A stretch of 64,000 nucleotides of DNA from an uncultured Enterobacterales bacterium (GTDB lineage: Bacteria > Myxococcota_A > UBA796 > JAFGLY01): assembly GCA_964512185.1 (NCBI GenBank), contig CAZEJJ010000001.1, forward strand, positions 40,704 through 104,703, given 5' to 3'. Position 1 is the first letter of the stretch. Each line of letters starts with the position of its first letter. Below, piece after piece: positions 61,549 to 64,000 of the stretch. A program made the translations under genes and the position numbers. The notes beneath the pieces were generated by a model. It made no database searches. It was not told the origin of the DNA and saw only the letters and a program-made list of their open reading frames with translations.

Positions 61549-62156
61549 GCCCCCAGCGGGAGCTCCAGCACGCGCTCCCCTGCCCCTCGTCCACGGGCGC
61601 GGAGCACTCGGAACCTCAGGCGCCCGTCGGCGCTGCCCAGGGTCTGCAGGCGCAGGGAGGCGGGCAGGGACTGCTCGGCCCGCTCGGCCAGCACCAGCAC
61701 GGTGCTGCCGCCCTGCTCAGCTGCCCGAAGCAGGCGGTAGCCGGCCCGGCCCAGGGGCCCCGGATCCAGCAGCACGGTGGCCGCCACCCCCCCGGAGCCC
61801 GCCAGCTGCTCGGCGGCCCAGGCTGCCCGCTCGACACCGGCGCGCACCACCAGCAGGTGGGACCAGGCCAGCTGTGGCAGCCCAGGCGGGTGCAGGCGCT
61901 CCAGGACATCGACGATCGCCACAGGGCGGCCGGCCCAGCTGCTGCTGGACAGCAGGGGGAGCACGAGCCCCAGCCGGCCGGACCCCGGGAGCCCGGCGAT
62001 CTCGGCCAGCCCCGGCCGAGGCCAGCCTCCCACGACGGCGTCGAGGGCGGGGAGCCCCGTGGTCGCGCCCTGCCGGCTCACCGGTGCCGACAGCAGACCC
62101 TTGGACTCGAGCTGACGACGCAACACGGCCAGGGCGGTGGCGCGATCCTGGGACAT
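61527..62156 (-). CDS. imuA: ImuA-like SOS mutagenesis protein (RecA/SulA-like fold)
   Basis: 209 aa. TGLPALDAVVGGWPRPGLAEIAGLPGSGRLGL ... LLVVRAGVERAAWAAEQLAGSGGVAATVLLD ... RLLRAAEQGGSTVLVL resembles ImuA. A perfect SOS-box palindrome lies immediately upstream. Confidence 0.6.
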   Translation of the reverse strand: MSQDRATALAVLRRQLESKGLLSAPVSRQGATTGLPALDAVVGGWPRPGLAEIAGLPGSGRLGLVLPLLSSSSWAGRPVAIVDVLERLHPPGLPQLAWSHLLVVRAGVERAAWAAEQLAGSGGVAATVLLDPGPLGRAGYRLLRAAEQGGSTVLVLAERAEQSLPASLRLQTLGSADGRLRFRVLRARGRGAGERVLELPLGAYSSSSG

Positions 62157-62159
62157 GCT

Positions 62160-62175
62160 TTGAACATATGTTCAA
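62160..62175. promoter_or_regulatory. LexA (SOS) box of the GAAC-N4-GTTC (Cheo) type
   Basis: Perfect 16-nt palindrome TTGAACATATGTTCAA, 3 nt upstream of the imuA ATG. Confidence 0.65.
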
Positions 62176-62191
62176 TTGCCGGGAAAAGCAA
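62163..62191 (-). promoter_or_regulatory. Candidate imuA promoter overlapped by the SOS box
   Basis: On the minus strand: TTGCTT (62191-62186), a 17-nt spacer, then TATGTT (62168-62163, inside the palindrome). The predicted start site falls about 7 nt downstream, at or next to the A of the ATG (62156), implying a leaderless mRNA. Confidence 0.4.
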
Positions 62192-62282
62192 GCGATGACA
62201 GCCCCATGGAGGAGGAGGCTCCATCGCTGACAGCGGTGAAAGATGATAGACAGGCCTGGTCTCTCCGAGCACCGGAGCCGCC

Positions 62283-64000
62283 GTGACCGACACCTCCTCA
62301 TCCTCTCCCCGCCCTCCCAGGACGGGCGGCCCCCCTGGCCGCCGCCGCCCTCGGCTGGGGGAGCAGCTGGTCGCCGCCAACCTGGCCACAGAGGCCCAGG
62401 TCCGGCAAGGCCTGGCCCACCAGAAGACCCACGGGGGGCGCCTGGGTTCAGCCCTGATCACCCTCGGGCATCTGGACGAGAAGATCCTCGAAGCCCAGCT
62501 GGGCAAGCAGCTCGGCCTGCAGGTCTGCGAGGTCGAGAGCATCAACCCTCCTCCAGAAGCCCTCTTCCGGATCCCGGAACACATGATCCGCAGCTTCGAG
62601 CTGGTCCCCATCTCCTGGGAGAAGGGCAAGCTCGTGGTGGGCATGACCGATCCCGGCAACTTCGCCGTGATCGACGACCTGCGCTTCGTCACCCGCTGCC
62701 GAGAGCTGGAGGTGCGCCTCATCACGGAGACCACCTTCCGGCGCTTCCTGAACACCCGCTTCGCCACAGCCATGTTGATGGACGAGATCACCAGCGACAT
62801 GGCCCTGCAGGATCACGACGCCTCCGAAGCCGAAGGCTACCTGTCTGCGGGCGGCGCCGAAGGAGATCCCGACGATCTGGATGATCCCAGCCTGGATCCT
62901 CCCGTGATCCGCCTGGTCAACTACCTCCTGCTCAACGCGGTGGATCGCCGCGCCAGCGACGTCCACCTGGAGCCCTACGAGACCTTCTTCCGCGTGCGCT
63001 ACCGGATCGACGGCCGCCTGAGCACGGTGCTCACCCCACCTGGGCGCTTGCAACGGCCGGTCACCGCGCGCATCAAGGTCCTGTCCGGCATGGACATCTC
63101 CGTCCGCCGCATCCCCCAGGACGGCCACATCGCGCTCAAGGTGGGCGACGAAGACATCCACTTCCGCGTCTCCTCCCTGCCCACGGTCTACGGTGAAAAG
63201 GTCGTGGTCCGCCTGCTCAAGAAAGAGGCCCACCTCGCCGACCTCAACCGGCTCGGTTTCCGTCCTGACCAGCTGTCTGATGTCAAGCGGATAACCAAGC
63301 TGCCGCAGGGGCTGGTGCTGGTCACCGGCCCCACAGGGAGTGGCAAGACCACCACCGTGCACGCCATGGTCAACCACATCAACGATCCCGAGGTGAACAT
63401 CACCACCATCGAGGATCCGGTGGAGGCCACCATCCCCGGAGTGAACCACGTGCAGATCCAGGAGCGTGGGGGGGTCGACTTCGGCGCCGCCCTGCGCTCC
63501 ATCCTGCGCCAGGATCCCGACGTGGTCTTCGTGGGCGAGATGCGCGACAAAGAGGTGGCGAGCATCGCCATCAAGGCCTCGCTCACGGGTCACCTGGTCC
63601 TCTCCACCCTGCACACCAACGGGGTGATCGAGACCTTCAACCGCCTGCTGGACATGGATCTGGACGCCAGCCTGCTCGCCAGCTCCCTGCGCCTGGTGCT
63701 GGCCCAGCGCCTGCTCCGCCGCCTCTGCACCGGGTGCTCCAAGCCCGCGCTCCCCTCCCTCGACGTCATCGAAGAGTTCAAGCTCACGGCCAAGCAGCTG
63801 GCCACCGCGTCCGCGCGCGTGGCCAGAGGCTGCAGCCGCTGCATGAACACCGGCTACCGAGGCCGGGTGGCGGTCTACGAGTCCATCGTGCCCAACGAGG
63901 CTATCGCCGACATCCTGCGCCAGGGTGGAGACGAGGTGGAGCTCAGGTCGGCCGCCAACCAGCTGGACATGGTGTGGATGTTCGAGGCCGGCATCGCCCG
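62283..64000 (+). CDS. GspE/PilB-family secretion/type IV pilus assembly ATPase (C-terminus beyond window)
   Basis: Absent from the ORF track because it runs off the edge. My translation from GTG 62283 (GGAG 5 nt upstream) gives a T2SSE_N domain (LGEQLVAANLATEAQV...KLVVGMTDPGNFAVIDDLRF), then RLVNYLLLNAVDRRASDVHLEP, Walker A VTGPTGSGKTTT, Asp box, Walker B VVFVGEMRD, His box LVLSTLHTN and a tetracysteine CTGC...CSRC. Confidence 0.9.
   Translation, partial: MTDTSSSSPRPPRTGGPPGRRRPRLGEQLVAANLATEAQVRQGLAHQKTHGGRLGSALITLGHLDEKILEAQLGKQLGLQVCEVESINPPPEALFRIPEHMIRSFELVPISWEKGKLVVGMTDPGNFAVIDDLRFVTRCRELEVRLITETTFRRFLNTRFATAMLMDEITSDMALQDHDASEAEGYLSAGGAEGDPDDLDDPSLDPPVIRLVNYLLLNAVDRRASDVHLEPYETFFRVRYRIDGRLSTVLTPPGRLQRPVTARIKVLSGMDISVRRIPQDGHIALKVGDEDIHFRVSSLPTVYGEKVVVRLLKKEAHLADLNRLGFRPDQLSDVKRITKLPQGLVLVTGPTGSGKTTTVHAMVNHINDPEVNITTIEDPVEATIPGVNHVQIQERGGVDFGAALRSILRQDPDVVFVGEMRDKEVASIAIKASLTGHLVLSTLHTNGVIETFNRLLDMDLDASLLASSLRLVLAQRLLRRLCTGCSKPALPSLDVIEEFKLTAKQLATASARVARGCSRCMNTGYRGRVAVYESIVPNEAIADILRQGGDEVELRSAANQLDMVWMFEAGIA

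Overview
This is a very GC-rich bacterial chromosomal window (roughly 70% G+C by eye, with strong G/C third-position bias). I call about 53 protein-coding genes. Two are cut by the window edges and are therefore missing from the ORF track: mgtE at 1-625 and a GspE/PilB-type ATPase at 62283-64000. I found no rRNA or tRNA genes, CRISPR array, transposase, integrase or phage genes. Many long ORFs in the track are antisense or out-of-frame shadow ORFs typical of high-GC DNA, and several true genes start well inside the listed ORF.

Gene content by region:
- 1-7834: a minus-strand housekeeping block, rng-recD2-rlmN-mtnP-TPR-rodZ-mgtE.
- 8183-15516: a K+ channel, a TonB-dependent receptor, and an rRNA methyltransferase / Ser-Thr kinase / binding-protein chain.
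- 16395-18372: minCDE.
- 25000-31850: holB, a degenerate NtrC-like regulator, a LysM lytic transglycosylase, and moeA/moaB.
- 31868-38265: a tightly coupled MoxR/DUF58/DUF4350/DUF4129 envelope operon.
- 38644-47872: large lipoproteins, an RDD protein, a Wza-like exporter and an ECF sigma/anti-sigma pair.
- 47899-57601: a five-gene ion-homeostasis operon (CPA antiporter, trkA, trkH, a 1486-aa antiporter fusion, mscS).
- 57804-64000: a NifU-like gene, a 730-bp non-coding region with three tandem palindromic elements, a radical-SAM/CoaB-like fusion, an SOS-boxed orphan imuA, and the secretion/pilus ATPase.

The MopE-like Cys/Asp motif, FG-GAP lipoprotein, PEGA kinase and many lipoproteins suggest a Myxococcota-like organism; this is inference only.

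Nothing here is a clear-cut novel system. The best candidates for follow-up are the MoxR operon headed by a Zn-ribbon pseudopilin-fold protein, the antiporter-NTPase giant fusion, and the repeat-preceded radical-SAM/CoaB-like fusion.
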